Made by a program: the position numbers and the translations under genes. Below, piece after piece: positions 1 through 8,743 of a stretch of DNA of 64,000 nucleotides. Source of the stretch: a virus (taxonomy: Duplodnaviria; Caudoviricetes); the IMG/VR virus record IMGVR_UViG_3300031420_000495, positions 1-64,000 of that record; one strand, given 5' to 3'. The stretch's first letter is position 1; every line of letters starts with the position of its first letter. The notes beneath the pieces were generated by a model. It was not told where the DNA came from, ran no database searches, and saw nothing but the letters and a program-made list of their open reading frames with translations.

Positions 1-513
1 TTCACGAGCATAGCTCTTCAGCACGTGTGCTTCGCCCATGAACAGGATCAGCTTGAGTGGATCGAGTTTTTGTTTGAGACCTGGGATCGAGAGGTTAATG
101 TGAATGCCGGTGCTGGAGTTTGTTTCCAGATCGTTCTTTTCCATCCAGCGGAAGCACGACTTCAAATCGTCGAGTGCATCTGCAACAGGCAGCGGTGGCG
201 ATACGACTTCGATGCCGACGCCATTGTCTGGGCCCTGAACAGAACCGTCTGGAACGATTTTCCATTTGTCATCAGAGTTACCAACGACAACGTCCACGCC
301 AAGATAATCTTCAAGTGAGGCTTTCGCTTCTTCAGCCGTCTTCTTGAAGTCACCAATGTATTCTTCGTCCTTCACGATCAGGAACCCAGAAGTTTCTGGA
401 ACCCACATTTCGAGTTCGTAACCCAGCTTCGCGTCACCCAGTCGTTCGATCGCGCTGCTGAAGACACTCTTGGTCATGCGCGCTTCGTCAAGGAATTGTT
501 TGAATGTAATCAT
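1..513 (-). CDS. Putative amidoligase (Amidoligase_2 / COOH-NH2 ligase type), C-terminus cut by window edge; has capsid-targeting leader
   Basis: Not in ORF track. Hand translation from ATG at 513: MITFKQFLDEA...GYELEMW...WKIVPDGSVQGPDNGVGIEVVSPPL...TNSSTGIHINLS, matching DGS / E-V-V-S-P / S-x-G-x-H amidoligase motifs. ATG overlaps the TGA of the 510..1199 ORF. Confidence 0.75.
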   Translation of the reverse strand, partial: MITFKQFLDEARMTKSVFSSAIERLGDAKLGYELEMWVPETSGFLIVKDEEYIGDFKKTAEEAKASLEDYLGVDVVVGNSDDKWKIVPDGSVQGPDNGVGIEVVSPPLPVADALDDLKSCFRWMEKNDLETNSSTGIHINLSIPGLKQKLDPLKLILFMGEAHVLKSYARE

Positions 514-1199
514 GCGTGTACAAACGCCTTCTTTAAAATGTTCAGGAACTTTTCCCTGTTGTCATAATCGTTTGGCATTGGGATGACGTAGTAGTCATCG
601 CAATCGATCATGATTTCTACTGCGTCAGCCACAGCCTTATCCAGCCCGTTGATGGTGTAGCCGAGTTCATCCAGCTCTGCGTAGATCACGTCTTCATCTG
701 GCTTGCCATCAGAACCAATGTATTCTTTCTTGATGTTCCGTCCATCCTGCATTTTGTTCATGATGACATCATTGAACAGGTCACTTACTTTTGGCGACCA
801 AACATAGGTGAACTTTCCGATTGGCAATACAACACAAACCTGTCCATAAGTGTATGCAGTTTCACGGGCCGCTTCGCCGAAGCAGAAGACGGCTTCAGAA
901 CGAGCGCGAATGCCCATGTGATCCTCAAACCAATCATCGATGATCTTGTGCAACGGTCCAACAGTGTCCATTGGTTTACGATCCTTGCGAACTGTCTTAC
1001 GGAACACCGTGAACTTCTGATCGTTGCCTTCCACAGACATCTCACCAACAAGCTGGCCATACCCACTCATGCCACGAACGAGCAAACCATTCTGCTTGGA
1101 TTGTTTGAAGAAGTTGACGCAAGGCCCGTGAAGGAGTTCTTCGAATGTGAGCGGCTTAACTTCTTCCAGGAACTGCCTGAACGTTTTATTTTTTGTCAT
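510..1199 (-). CDS. Putative internal head protein, ART-like paralog 1
   Basis: Leader KTFRQFLEE; LVRG...RKDRKP..D...RARSEAVF...YG...VWSP...EIMI shared with 2514..3140 and 5061..5903. Confidence 0.55.
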   Translation of the reverse strand: MTKNKTFRQFLEEVKPLTFEELLHGPCVNFFKQSKQNGLLVRGMSGYGQLVGEMSVEGNDQKFTVFRKTVRKDRKPMDTVGPLHKIIDDWFEDHMGIRARSEAVFCFGEAARETAYTYGQVCVVLPIGKFTYVWSPKVSDLFNDVIMNKMQDGRNIKKEYIGSDGKPDEDVIYAELDELGYTINGLDKAVADAVEIMIDCDDYYVIPMPNDYDNREKFLNILKKAFVHA

Positions 1200-1698
1200 C
1201 TTTGGTCACGTACATTTCGCGACGCAGGTCACGTGGCGAAGTACCTTTTTTCTTTTGCGTACGCTTCGGAAGATCGAAGATGTACTCCGGGATGGAACCA
1301 ACGAAGTGCTTATCAGTCCGCTTGATGGCGTACGTCTCTGCACGGGTTGCTGCGTTCTCGAGGTAGCGCATGTCGACCAGCTCAACGTCCGAGAACTGGG
1401 CACGAACTTTCTGAATGTTGTCGATGGTGAAATCACGCATTTCCGAACGACGCTTGCCTGTCTTCGGATCAATGTCCGTCCAGACTTTCAGCTTGATCGT
1501 CATTGGCTTGCCGTCATACAGCTTGTCCAGCTTCGCCTGTTTCTCTGCCTTGAGACGATCACTTGCCGCCTGCAAAGCTTTCTGGTCTTCAGCTTTCTTC
1601 GCAGCGCGCTTCGCATCCTTCTCGGCACGCGTCATGTTCTTGCTGGTTTTGTTTTCGGCAAGATAGACCTGCTCGACAATTTCTTGAATCAGTTTCAT
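1186..1698 (-). CDS. Basic hypothetical protein with capsid-targeting-like leader (MKLIQEIVE)
   Basis: ATG at 1698 overlaps the gp15 stop (ATGA); the ORF-track start at 1923 lies inside gp15. Confidence 0.6.
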   Translation of the reverse strand: MKLIQEIVEQVYLAENKTSKNMTRAEKDAKRAAKKAEDQKALQAASDRLKAEKQAKLDKLYDGKPMTIKLKVWTDIDPKTGKRRSEMRDFTIDNIQKVRAQFSDVELVDMRYLENAATRAETYAIKRTDKHFVGSIPEYIFDLPKRTQKKKGTSPRDLRREMYVTKDDKK

Positions 1699-2483
1699 GG
1701 CATCTCGTTTGGTTGGGGTGGAATAGGTCCCGCTGGATCGCGGTCGGTAATTTCGATGGTACCGTACGCGTCGCCGAATGGCTGGAGGTTTCCGTCCTCC
1801 CCGACTTCGAGCGTTCCCATCGTGCTGAGGTCGCCAAGCTGAATGATAACCTTGCGGACCAAGTCGTCTTTGACACCCATCGGGATTCCAAGATAGATTG
1901 GCATGATGAAGGACAAAGTCCAAACGATCATGCGACGTTCAGTGCCTGATGGATAGTTCTCTTCGTTGCCGATGTCGGTCAACGTAATGTTGGTGATACG
2001 AGTCCAGTCAAACGGTCCATCCGACTTTTGAATCTGAATGTCCGGGTTGAAGAGAACGAGAATCTGTTCAAGAATTTGATGCATCTGCTGGGTGTTCGAC
2101 GCCCAGATCGAAAGCTCAAGTGTCATATCATACGGCACAGGCATGACGCGTTTGACAACGGTCAAGTCATCCGGAAATATTCCGCCCGTCTTCATTGTAA
2201 CATCTTGACGGACGAATCCCGAGGCACGACGACGTTCATCGTTTGGTGCAAGGCCTGTCATGTACGCAGACATAGTTGGCAGAGAGAAAACGCGGTTCTG
2301 TGTGTTGCCGGACATGATGCCTGCGACGACACGGTCCTTGTTACCGACGACAGTAGGCACGCTGATAAATTCAGGATCGCCGCATTCGCCTACACCGGTC
2401 TGTACTTGCAGTCCGTGGAAAAGCGAAACGAATTGCAGAATGTACGCACGCAGCTGGCCGTGATAAAAGTAATGGTTTATAAT
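1695..2483 (-). CDS. gp15: Tail terminator / tail sheath stabilizer (T4 gp15-like), probable ATT start
   Basis: (M)INHYFYHGQLRAYILQFVSLF...PYDMTLELSIWASN..Q..QILEQIL..FNP...ERRMIVWTLSF..PIYL; GAGGAG at 2497-2492, 8 nt before ATT; in-frame TGA at 2498-2496. Confidence 0.85.
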   Translation of the reverse strand: MINHYFYHGQLRAYILQFVSLFHGLQVQTGVGECGDPEFISVPTVVGNKDRVVAGIMSGNTQNRVFSLPTMSAYMTGLAPNDERRRASGFVRQDVTMKTGGIFPDDLTVVKRVMPVPYDMTLELSIWASNTQQMHQILEQILVLFNPDIQIQKSDGPFDWTRITNITLTDIGNEENYPSGTERRMIVWTLSFIMPIYLGIPMGVKDDLVRKVIIQLGDLSTMGTLEVGEDGNLQPFGDAYGTIEITDRDPAGPIPPQPNEMP

Positions 2484-2507
2484 TTTAGTTTCTCCTCAGA
2501 ATCCAGC

Positions 2508-2513
2508 TATTTA
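2508..2513 (-). promoter_or_regulatory. Late promoter TAAATA upstream of gp15
   Basis: TAAATA 25 nt upstream of the start; same hexamer precedes most structural genes in the window; gp55 homolog present. Confidence 0.7.
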
Positions 2514-3140
2514 TTAGGCAAAGCCGAGTGCTTGCTTCATTTGTTCCTGGTATTCGATTGGGAACGCGTAATAACGATCGCACTTAATCATGATTTCGTT
2601 GTTGGTCTTGACAGCCTGTGCCAGACCATCTGTCTGATAATGCTGTTTGTCAAGCCATGCACGTGCTTCTTCTGTCCATTGCTCTGAGGTCTTATCACCC
2701 CATGGAATATTCATCTTGCCGTACAGGTCACCAACTTCTGGCGACCACACATACTTGAATGCACCGATTGGGAAGACAACGCACGGAGTTCCGTAGTGTT
2801 TCAGTTCCGCAGTCGTTATCCTGTTGCCGCCAGCAAACATGCACTGCGAGCGTGCACGAATGCCGAACTTATCGTTGAACCATTCATCCAGAATTTCAGA
2901 ACGTAGGAGCGTGAAGTCAAGAGGCTTACGATCCTGGCGAACAGTTTTGATTCCATATTCCATCTCATTGCCTTCCGCATCGAGCGCAGTATGCGATTCA
3001 ATATCAGACAGGCCTTTCACACCACGGAGAATGAATCCTCCGTACTCTGATTCTTCGAGGAATTGTTTGCAGTCCCTGCGAATGAGGACTGCAAACGATA
3101 ATGCTTCTTGTTCACTGAGAAATTGCTTAAATGTAATCAT
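2514..3140 (-). CDS. Putative internal head protein, ART-like paralog 2
   Basis: Leader MITFKQFLSE; ILRG...RQDRKPLD...RARSQCMF...YG...VWSP...NEIMI. Confidence 0.55.
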   Translation of the reverse strand: MITFKQFLSEQEALSFAVLIRRDCKQFLEESEYGGFILRGVKGLSDIESHTALDAEGNEMEYGIKTVRQDRKPLDFTLLRSEILDEWFNDKFGIRARSQCMFAGGNRITTAELKHYGTPCVVFPIGAFKYVWSPEVGDLYGKMNIPWGDKTSEQWTEEARAWLDKQHYQTDGLAQAVKTNNEIMIKCDRYYAFPIEYQEQMKQALGFA

Positions 3141-5071
3141 GGAATCTTTTTGCTTCCTGGTGGTAATGTGGTATCCAGATTCAGGATGGCCAGCTGGCTT
3201 GGTCGGTGTGCTGAACGTTGAGCACGACGATCTGTTTCAACATACTGCCATGCATTCTTCACAATCGAGAACTTGTAAAGGCGTGCAGCGATATTTTGCT
3301 GTGGTGGATACTCGAGACGGAAAAACTCACCATCTTTACGTCCGGCAACGTCAGGCAGTTTGAATCCAGATTCGTACGGTGCACCATCTGGTGGCAGGCC
3401 GTCCTCAACGTACAGGCCGACCCCGTCATAGGACCCAGGCTGGTTGAAGCGGTTAGTGCCGGATGCTTGCTCACGAATGTTGGTTCCTTTTTCTGGAACA
3501 GCGCGAACTGCTTCGGCTTCGTTCGCTTCAGTGACAGTGAGCGGAGCGGTTTGAATCTGTTCAGTGCCTTCAAAGAATCGGAAGTCGTCAGTGATGTATT
3601 TCTGCGTGTCAACGGTTCCGAGCAGATCACGGTGCTCTTGACCAGGAATCAGCTGCTGTGCCTGGAAGCGGAAGATGACAGGTTGCCAGCCAGATGTGAA
3701 TCCGTCTGCTGCCCAACCGGTATCGATGACCTCAAGAAACTTACGAACCGGACGCAGGTTCTGGTCCCATTGCATTTCTGATGGAACTTCGAGGACGTCA
3801 CCAATTACGATTGGACGGCCAAGTGCGCGAACCATGTCAGCGAACGAGACCGTGAACGAATAGATGTCGGCCATCTGGAATCCGAACTTGGACAGATCGG
3901 ACACAGCGTCGAACGGTGTATATGCGGCACGAATCTGGATCGATGCTTTTGCGTAGTCGCGATCGCGATTTTCCATGAACAGCGGGTCCTGGATGTCATC
4001 CAGCCTCGTTGCCTGGAAGTCAAACAGCTCGAGCTTGTCGACGACCCATGGCTGATCTTTTGCGGCACCAGCAAACGACGTTGGCACAATCCTCCAGTAG
4101 CGCGAAGCAGCAGACTGTTTGATGCGGATCAGAGCCGGTGCATCGATGTTTGGCAGATTGACGACGTCAACCCGTTTCCATTCCATGTCGACCGGCACCA
4201 TGAACGAGTCACCTGGTTTGTACGGGACAGAGCTTGGGTTAATCGTGAATGAACCTTCAGGCGAGTTGAACTGTACGCCAACCGTTGCTTCGCCAAGAAT
4301 CGTGGATGTGCTGCTCCCAGCAAACATAACGGTAAACTTGGTTGCGGATTCAGCGAATAGCATAAAGGCACCGTGACGCGAGTTTATGCCCTGATGGAAC
4401 CCGCCGACACCGCCACTGGTGCGAGGAGGATTCGCAATGATCTTCAGTGGATCGACGCTGAAGTTACCATCGGAACGATCGACACGAACCTGCAGAGCGC
4501 GAGTGTTCGGGTCCGAACCCTGTTTGATTCGGAAACTCGTGATGTGCTGCGCGTCCGGCGCGCCTGGTGCATTCTCTGGTTGACCGAACGAGGTCATGCG
4601 AATGCCAAAGTCGTAACCAATGAACGCAGGCTTCTGAAGAACCTCAAGGCCCTTGAAGCTACTCGTCCAGCCTTCGGCCAGTTCGTCGAAGATGTTTGCG
4701 ACGCCAATACTCGAACCGATTGCACGACCAGCGCCAACCAAGTCGATCAGCTTGCCTTGTTCGTGGTTGCCGAGCAGCTTGAACACGTTGAGCGGTGCGC
4801 CAGAGATATTCAGGGACTCAGAGGCCAGTGCATCCTGATAAACGTTTTCGATTCCGAAGCAAGCATCCTGCGTGATGCGGAATGTACCACCACAGAATTC
4901 CGGAGGCACGTACGTTCCACCGCCTTGAGGCGGATTGGTAATTGTACCAGGATTCAGCGGCGGAATGTACGGTAAGCCAGAGTTCGGCGTGATTGGGCTG
5001 TTGAATGAACCTGCCGCGTCAACACATTCTGCAATGGTCGTGCGTGGTTGTGGGAGTTTATCAGTAGTCAT
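3137..5071 (-). CDS. gp14: Neck / head-completion protein (T4 gp14-like) with inserted extra domains
   Basis: ESLNISGAPLNVFKLLG N-terminal part and DLSKFGFQMAD..FTVSF...GRPIVIGDVLEVP C-terminal part; 644 aa, much longer than T4 gp14; located next to gp13 and gp15. Confidence 0.7.
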   Translation of the reverse strand: MTTDKLPQPRTTIAECVDAAGSFNSPITPNSGLPYIPPLNPGTITNPPQGGGTYVPPEFCGGTFRITQDACFGIENVYQDALASESLNISGAPLNVFKLLGNHEQGKLIDLVGAGRAIGSSIGVANIFDELAEGWTSSFKGLEVLQKPAFIGYDFGIRMTSFGQPENAPGAPDAQHITSFRIKQGSDPNTRALQVRVDRSDGNFSVDPLKIIANPPRTSGGVGGFHQGINSRHGAFMLFAESATKFTVMFAGSSTSTILGEATVGVQFNSPEGSFTINPSSVPYKPGDSFMVPVDMEWKRVDVVNLPNIDAPALIRIKQSAASRYWRIVPTSFAGAAKDQPWVVDKLELFDFQATRLDDIQDPLFMENRDRDYAKASIQIRAAYTPFDAVSDLSKFGFQMADIYSFTVSFADMVRALGRPIVIGDVLEVPSEMQWDQNLRPVRKFLEVIDTGWAADGFTSGWQPVIFRFQAQQLIPGQEHRDLLGTVDTQKYITDDFRFFEGTEQIQTAPLTVTEANEAEAVRAVPEKGTNIREQASGTNRFNQPGSYDGVGLYVEDGLPPDGAPYESGFKLPDVAGRKDGEFFRLEYPPQQNIAARLYKFSIVKNAWQYVETDRRAQRSAHRPSQLAILNLDTTLPPGSKKIP

Positions 5072-5903
5072 ACGCGTCCTGTCCCCAGTGATGCTCGATT
5101 TCTTCTGGGAAATTATCGAACTGTTCAGCCCATTCCATCAGGCGTTTCTTATCGTCTTCAGAAAGCCGGCTGCCGTGAGGAATGAATCCCACTTCGCCTT
5201 GAATCCAGACTTCGCCGTTTGCGTGTTGTTTACTTGCGTCAGCACCACGCGATTGACCGGCAAAGATGTCAGGCTTGACAAGGAATTCCCATACGTCATA
5301 CAGCGTTTCAAGACCGCGCTTGTGCATTGTTTCAACCAGCTCTTCGCCGCCATGCCAGTCACTGACTTCGGCACGAACGTCGTCAAGGTCATATTGCTTC
5401 ATGGTATCAACCAGTTCGTCATACGTCTTGATTCGCTTGTCAATGATGCTCTGCGTCATGCCGTTGAGTTCTTCGATCGTGATACCAATCGGAGCCAGTT
5501 CAGTTTCCCACAGATCGTTCACACCGCAGTAACCAACCTTTGCGTTATCGGAAAGAACCAACAGCGCTGCACCGCCAAAACCATCAGCAACGTCGCGGTC
5601 GTCTGTTCCGATGAAAGACAGGGAGCGTTTAGGCCAACCATCAAATGATGGATGATTGTCAATCCACAATGTATAGTTGTTGTGGGTGTTCGCGCTCTCG
5701 CGAGGTGTGATGCCCTCGCCTGCAGCGTTACCCAGACGCAAGCCTCTTGCTGCATCACCCGATCCGCCGCGATACAGGAATTGTTTGCCCGACAAATATC
5801 GGAGCGAGTTTTTGGTTGCCCACTTGATGAACGTATCGACGTCAACTACCTGCGTACGAGATTTGCGAGTGTCGTCAAGAAGGAATTGTTTGAATGTTTG
5901 CAT
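5061..5903 (-). CDS. Putative internal head protein, ART-like paralog 3 (divergent)
   Basis: Leader MQTFKQFLLD; FLYRG...PRES...PKRSLSFIGT...FG...NGEVWI. Confidence 0.5.
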   Translation of the reverse strand: MQTFKQFLLDDTRKSRTQVVDVDTFIKWATKNSLRYLSGKQFLYRGGSGDAARGLRLGNAAGEGITPRESANTHNNYTLWIDNHPSFDGWPKRSLSFIGTDDRDVADGFGGAALLVLSDNAKVGYCGVNDLWETELAPIGITIEELNGMTQSIIDKRIKTYDELVDTMKQYDLDDVRAEVSDWHGGEELVETMHKRGLETLYDVWEFLVKPDIFAGQSRGADASKQHANGEVWIQGEVGFIPHGSRLSEDDKKRLMEWAEQFDNFPEEIEHHWGQDAYDY

Positions 5904-5904
5904 G

Positions 5905-7833
5905 TTATCCGATCAGGAACGACACGTTGCCATGTCCAATGTGTCCACCATATTCGTAGTTCAAAAGCGATTCCGTCAGTTCAGCCATGTCTTGGCGTGC
6001 TTCGGAAACCAGGAGTTCGCCGTTCAGGTTGATCGAGCCAGCAGGTCCTGGAGTACCAGACGAGAACTTCGAGCGGATGAGGCCAAGCATCATCTTGAGT
6101 TCAGCCAGTGCCCAGTTCTGAATGTACTGTTCGCACCAACGGTCATTGAGGATTTCCTGCTCGTTGCGTTCAAGCATTGCTTCGATGACAACGGTTTCGT
6201 ATCCACGGATTGCGCGGAGGATCAGGAGTTCGTGCGATGCTTCATCCCACTGGAATGCCAGATCACCAGCAAAGAGTCGATTGAGTTCTTCACCGTATGC
6301 TGCGACCAGGTGCGTGCTGAGCAAGTCACCAGCTCCACCAACCAGGCTGTAGTATTGCTGTGCGAATGCTTGCGCCCAGACATCATTCGGCCCACCGCCA
6401 TAGACGCCAAGTGGTCCCATGCGGTGAATCTTGTGAATGTCGACGATGTGGTCCGTCTTGTCGATCGGCGAGTTCAGGTAATACTTCTGCTGTCCTGGGA
6501 TTAGCTTGAAGAGCACGAAGCCGCGTTTGTAAGCACCACTTGACATCTGACGATAGTTCTGCAGCGCATTGTCGATCGCCACATTAAATTGTTCTTCTTG
6601 CAGCTCTACGCACATCTGTGGCCATCCGAGCTGTGCGTTCAACACCTTGATGAGCTTGATGCGGCTGTCGTACGATCCGTCAGTTCCGATTGAAACCTTG
6701 TCAGTCGACGGCGAACCCATCTGGTCGTCGTTGACTTTGTTCCACGATTTCCCGTTCCACGCGTTCAGGTTCTGAGTCGTCGTGTTGTAGAACAGTTGGC
6801 CGATGTACGGATTACGCAGTAGTTCTGTTTCGACAGTGATCGGGGCAACAAACGCAGGAATGAAGGATGTGCCGAGATTGAACAGCGTGTTCGTTGCATT
6901 CGGGACGACCCAGGCGTTTCCGTCGTAGTAGTACATGCGGCCGAGCGTGAAGTCGTAGTACATACGACCAGCGACTGGTGCTTCGTTTGGTGTATAGATT
7001 TCCGTCGTGAAGATTCCCATCTGAACCCATGGTTCACCAATTGATGTACGCAGCTTCAGATTTGTTGGCAGCAGATCAACCCAGCGAACACCGTCGAAAA
7101 TACGGAGCTGTCCGCCCATCAGATAGACTTGACCCTGAATGCCAGGATTGTATGGACCTGAAAGAATCGAGTTCGCTTCGGTCGGAATCCACGAGCCAGA
7201 GCTTGCGTCAAAGTACTGGACGATGTTCAACACCTGGTCATAGTAGACCATGCCTGGAGTCGGCGCTGTTGGAGCAGTTGGGTACGAAGGAATGTTGCCG
7301 GTGTATGTCGAACCACTGACTGGGCCAGACACAACACCGATCAGCGGATACGATTGAACACCGATCGGATAGTACTGCATGATGTTCGACGAAGCGTGAA
7401 CGGATGCGTAGTAGATTTTCTTCGGATCAGTGTTGCTCACAGTGATCGTGAAGTCTTTGATGGTGCTTGGGAATCCGGTCGTCGTTGCATTCACTTCCAG
7501 CGCTTCAGTGCTTGGAAATGGTTTGGACAGTGCAGCGTAAAAAGCGCCAACAACTTGTGCGTCACCAATCTTCTGTATTGGGCTGTTCCAATCAGGATTG
7601 ATGTCAGCCGCATAGGCCGTACCGTCTTCCGGATAATTTGTTGGGCCGATTGGCTTGTCACTGAGAAGTACGACTGCACCATCAGTCACAGACAGCGAAG
7701 CAGGACGCTTGACTGTCAGGATGAGGTTCGTTGGTACTTGTGGGTCGCGTGTTACTTCGATCGTAAACTGACGGGCGTCAATCCATAGATCGTGGGTTGT
7801 TTTTGCTGAAATGTCTGTAGGTGTGCTCGTCAT
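5905..7833 (-). CDS. gp13: Neck protein (T4 gp13-like) with long N-terminal extension
   Basis: C-terminal LGWPQMCVELQEEQFNVAIDNAL...WCEQYIQNWALAELKMMLGLIRSKF..PGPAGSINLNG; start MTSTPT chosen downstream of TAAATA at 7865-7860. Confidence 0.8.
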   Translation of the reverse strand: MTSTPTDISAKTTHDLWIDARQFTIEVTRDPQVPTNLILTVKRPASLSVTDGAVVLLSDKPIGPTNYPEDGTAYAADINPDWNSPIQKIGDAQVVGAFYAALSKPFPSTEALEVNATTTGFPSTIKDFTITVSNTDPKKIYYASVHASSNIMQYYPIGVQSYPLIGVVSGPVSGSTYTGNIPSYPTAPTAPTPGMVYYDQVLNIVQYFDASSGSWIPTEANSILSGPYNPGIQGQVYLMGGQLRIFDGVRWVDLLPTNLKLRTSIGEPWVQMGIFTTEIYTPNEAPVAGRMYYDFTLGRMYYYDGNAWVVPNATNTLFNLGTSFIPAFVAPITVETELLRNPYIGQLFYNTTTQNLNAWNGKSWNKVNDDQMGSPSTDKVSIGTDGSYDSRIKLIKVLNAQLGWPQMCVELQEEQFNVAIDNALQNYRQMSSGAYKRGFVLFKLIPGQQKYYLNSPIDKTDHIVDIHKIHRMGPLGVYGGGPNDVWAQAFAQQYYSLVGGAGDLLSTHLVAAYGEELNRLFAGDLAFQWDEASHELLILRAIRGYETVVIEAMLERNEQEILNDRWCEQYIQNWALAELKMMLGLIRSKFSSGTPGPAGSINLNGELLVSEARQDMAELTESLLNYEYGGHIGHGNVSFLIG

Positions 7834-7883
7834 ATCGTTTTCCACGTAAGCTATCGAGCTATTTATGGAGATGGACAACCTGA

Positions 7884-7918
7884 TTCTTATTTGTCAGCTA
7901 ATGCTCTAATATTGCGTT
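7884..7918 (+). repeat. Dispersed AT-rich element, copy 1
   Basis: ttcttatttgtcagctaatgctctaatattgcgtt; near-identical copy at 60894-60929 and related copy at 41069-41105. Confidence 0.9.
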
Positions 7919-7939
7919 CGTGTTCAGGTAAATAGTTGC

Positions 7940-8272
7940 ATGAACTATATCCTCCACACATTCCGCCCGTCGGAAACAATTGATGCTGTGATCCGCCTGA
8001 AAGGCAGGCACAACTATACCCGCGAAGAAATCATTGTTCTTCGGCAACGCTTTAATGAGATGAACGGATTGATTGTCCCAAGGCCGGGACAAGTTTTCAA
8101 GATACCGCTGGAAGAGTCAATCCTCTTCCCCACGATAGTAGATGGCCCAGTAGTATCGGACCCAGAAGGAAATGGTCAGCAGCCAACCGATGACCAAGAA
8201 GCAGGCAATCCAGACGATCCACGGGAAGAACTCCCATCCTTGCCAGAATCCGGCGATCGCCCAGAAGATTGA
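7940..8272 (+). CDS. Small late protein, LysM-like N-terminal domain plus acidic tail
   Basis: HTFRPSETIDAVI...FNEMNG...PRPGQVFKIP resembles LysM; TAAATA at 7929-7934. Confidence 0.55.
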   Translation: MNYILHTFRPSETIDAVIRLKGRHNYTREEIIVLRQRFNEMNGLIVPRPGQVFKIPLEESILFPTIVDGPVVSDPEGNGQQPTDDQEAGNPDDPREELPSLPESGDRPED

Positions 8273-8362
8273 ACCGAGGAGCGTGGGTATCAGCATGTGA
8301 CCCCACGCTTTGGTCACGAGAATGCAGATGATGTCAAAAAAGCTAGGCAACTTCATCAGCAT
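8117..8362 (-). CDS. Possible Trp-rich membrane protein overlapping the previous gene in antisense
   Basis: Starts 10 nt after the 8372 gene stop in the same operon; two hydrophobic stretches; could be a shadow of the acidic tail. Confidence 0.4.
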   Translation of the reverse strand: MLMKLPSFFDIICILVTKAWGHMLIPTLLGSIFWAIAGFWQGWEFFPWIVWIACFLVIGWLLTISFWVRYYWAIYYRGEED

Positions 8363-8371
8363 AATTTTTGA

Positions 8372-8731
8372 TCAGCGGATACGCATACCCGGTGTTGCGC
8401 CATCGACCGGCTGCAGAATGTAGATGCCAGGATTTTCGGCACGATCAGCTGCGGACGCGGCCATAATCATTCCGTTGGAAACGCCGAACTTCATCTTGCG
8501 CGGGGCAAGGTTGGCCACGACAACGGTCAGCTTGCCGACCAAATCTTCCGGGTTGTAGGCGGATTTGATGCCGGCCAGGACGTTGCGCGGTTCTGCTTCG
8601 CCGATGTCGACGGTCAGCTGAATCATCTTGTCGGCACCTTCGACGTGCGATGCAGCGATGATCTTGCCGATGCGCAGGTCGATCTTTGCCAGGTCGTCGA
8701 TGGTGATTTGTGGTGCGATTTCTTCGATCAT
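8372..8731 (-). CDS. Stand-alone tRNA-binding OB domain (MetRS C-terminal / Trbp111 / CsaA family)
   Basis: [16 protein letters not shown]...[15 protein letters not shown]...[36 protein letters not shown]. Confidence 0.9.
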   Translation of the reverse strand: MIEEIAPQITIDDLAKIDLRIGKIIAASHVEGADKMIQLTVDIGEAEPRNVLAGIKSAYNPEDLVGKLTVVVANLAPRKMKFGVSNGMIMAASAADRAENPGIYILQPVDGATPGMRIR

Positions 8732-8743
8732 AAAATTTCCTAG

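Noticed and set aside
1699-1923. ORF-track N-terminal extensions (1923, 7878, 10475, 12532, 30662, 36466, 41607, 58076, 58646, 59721, 59875)
   Set aside because: They overlap neighbouring genes or promoters; downstream ATGs have RBS, coupling or leader support
7891-7910. TTGTCA...TATAAT in the repeated element read as a standard sigma70 -35/-10 pair
   Set aside because: Spacer is only 8 nt
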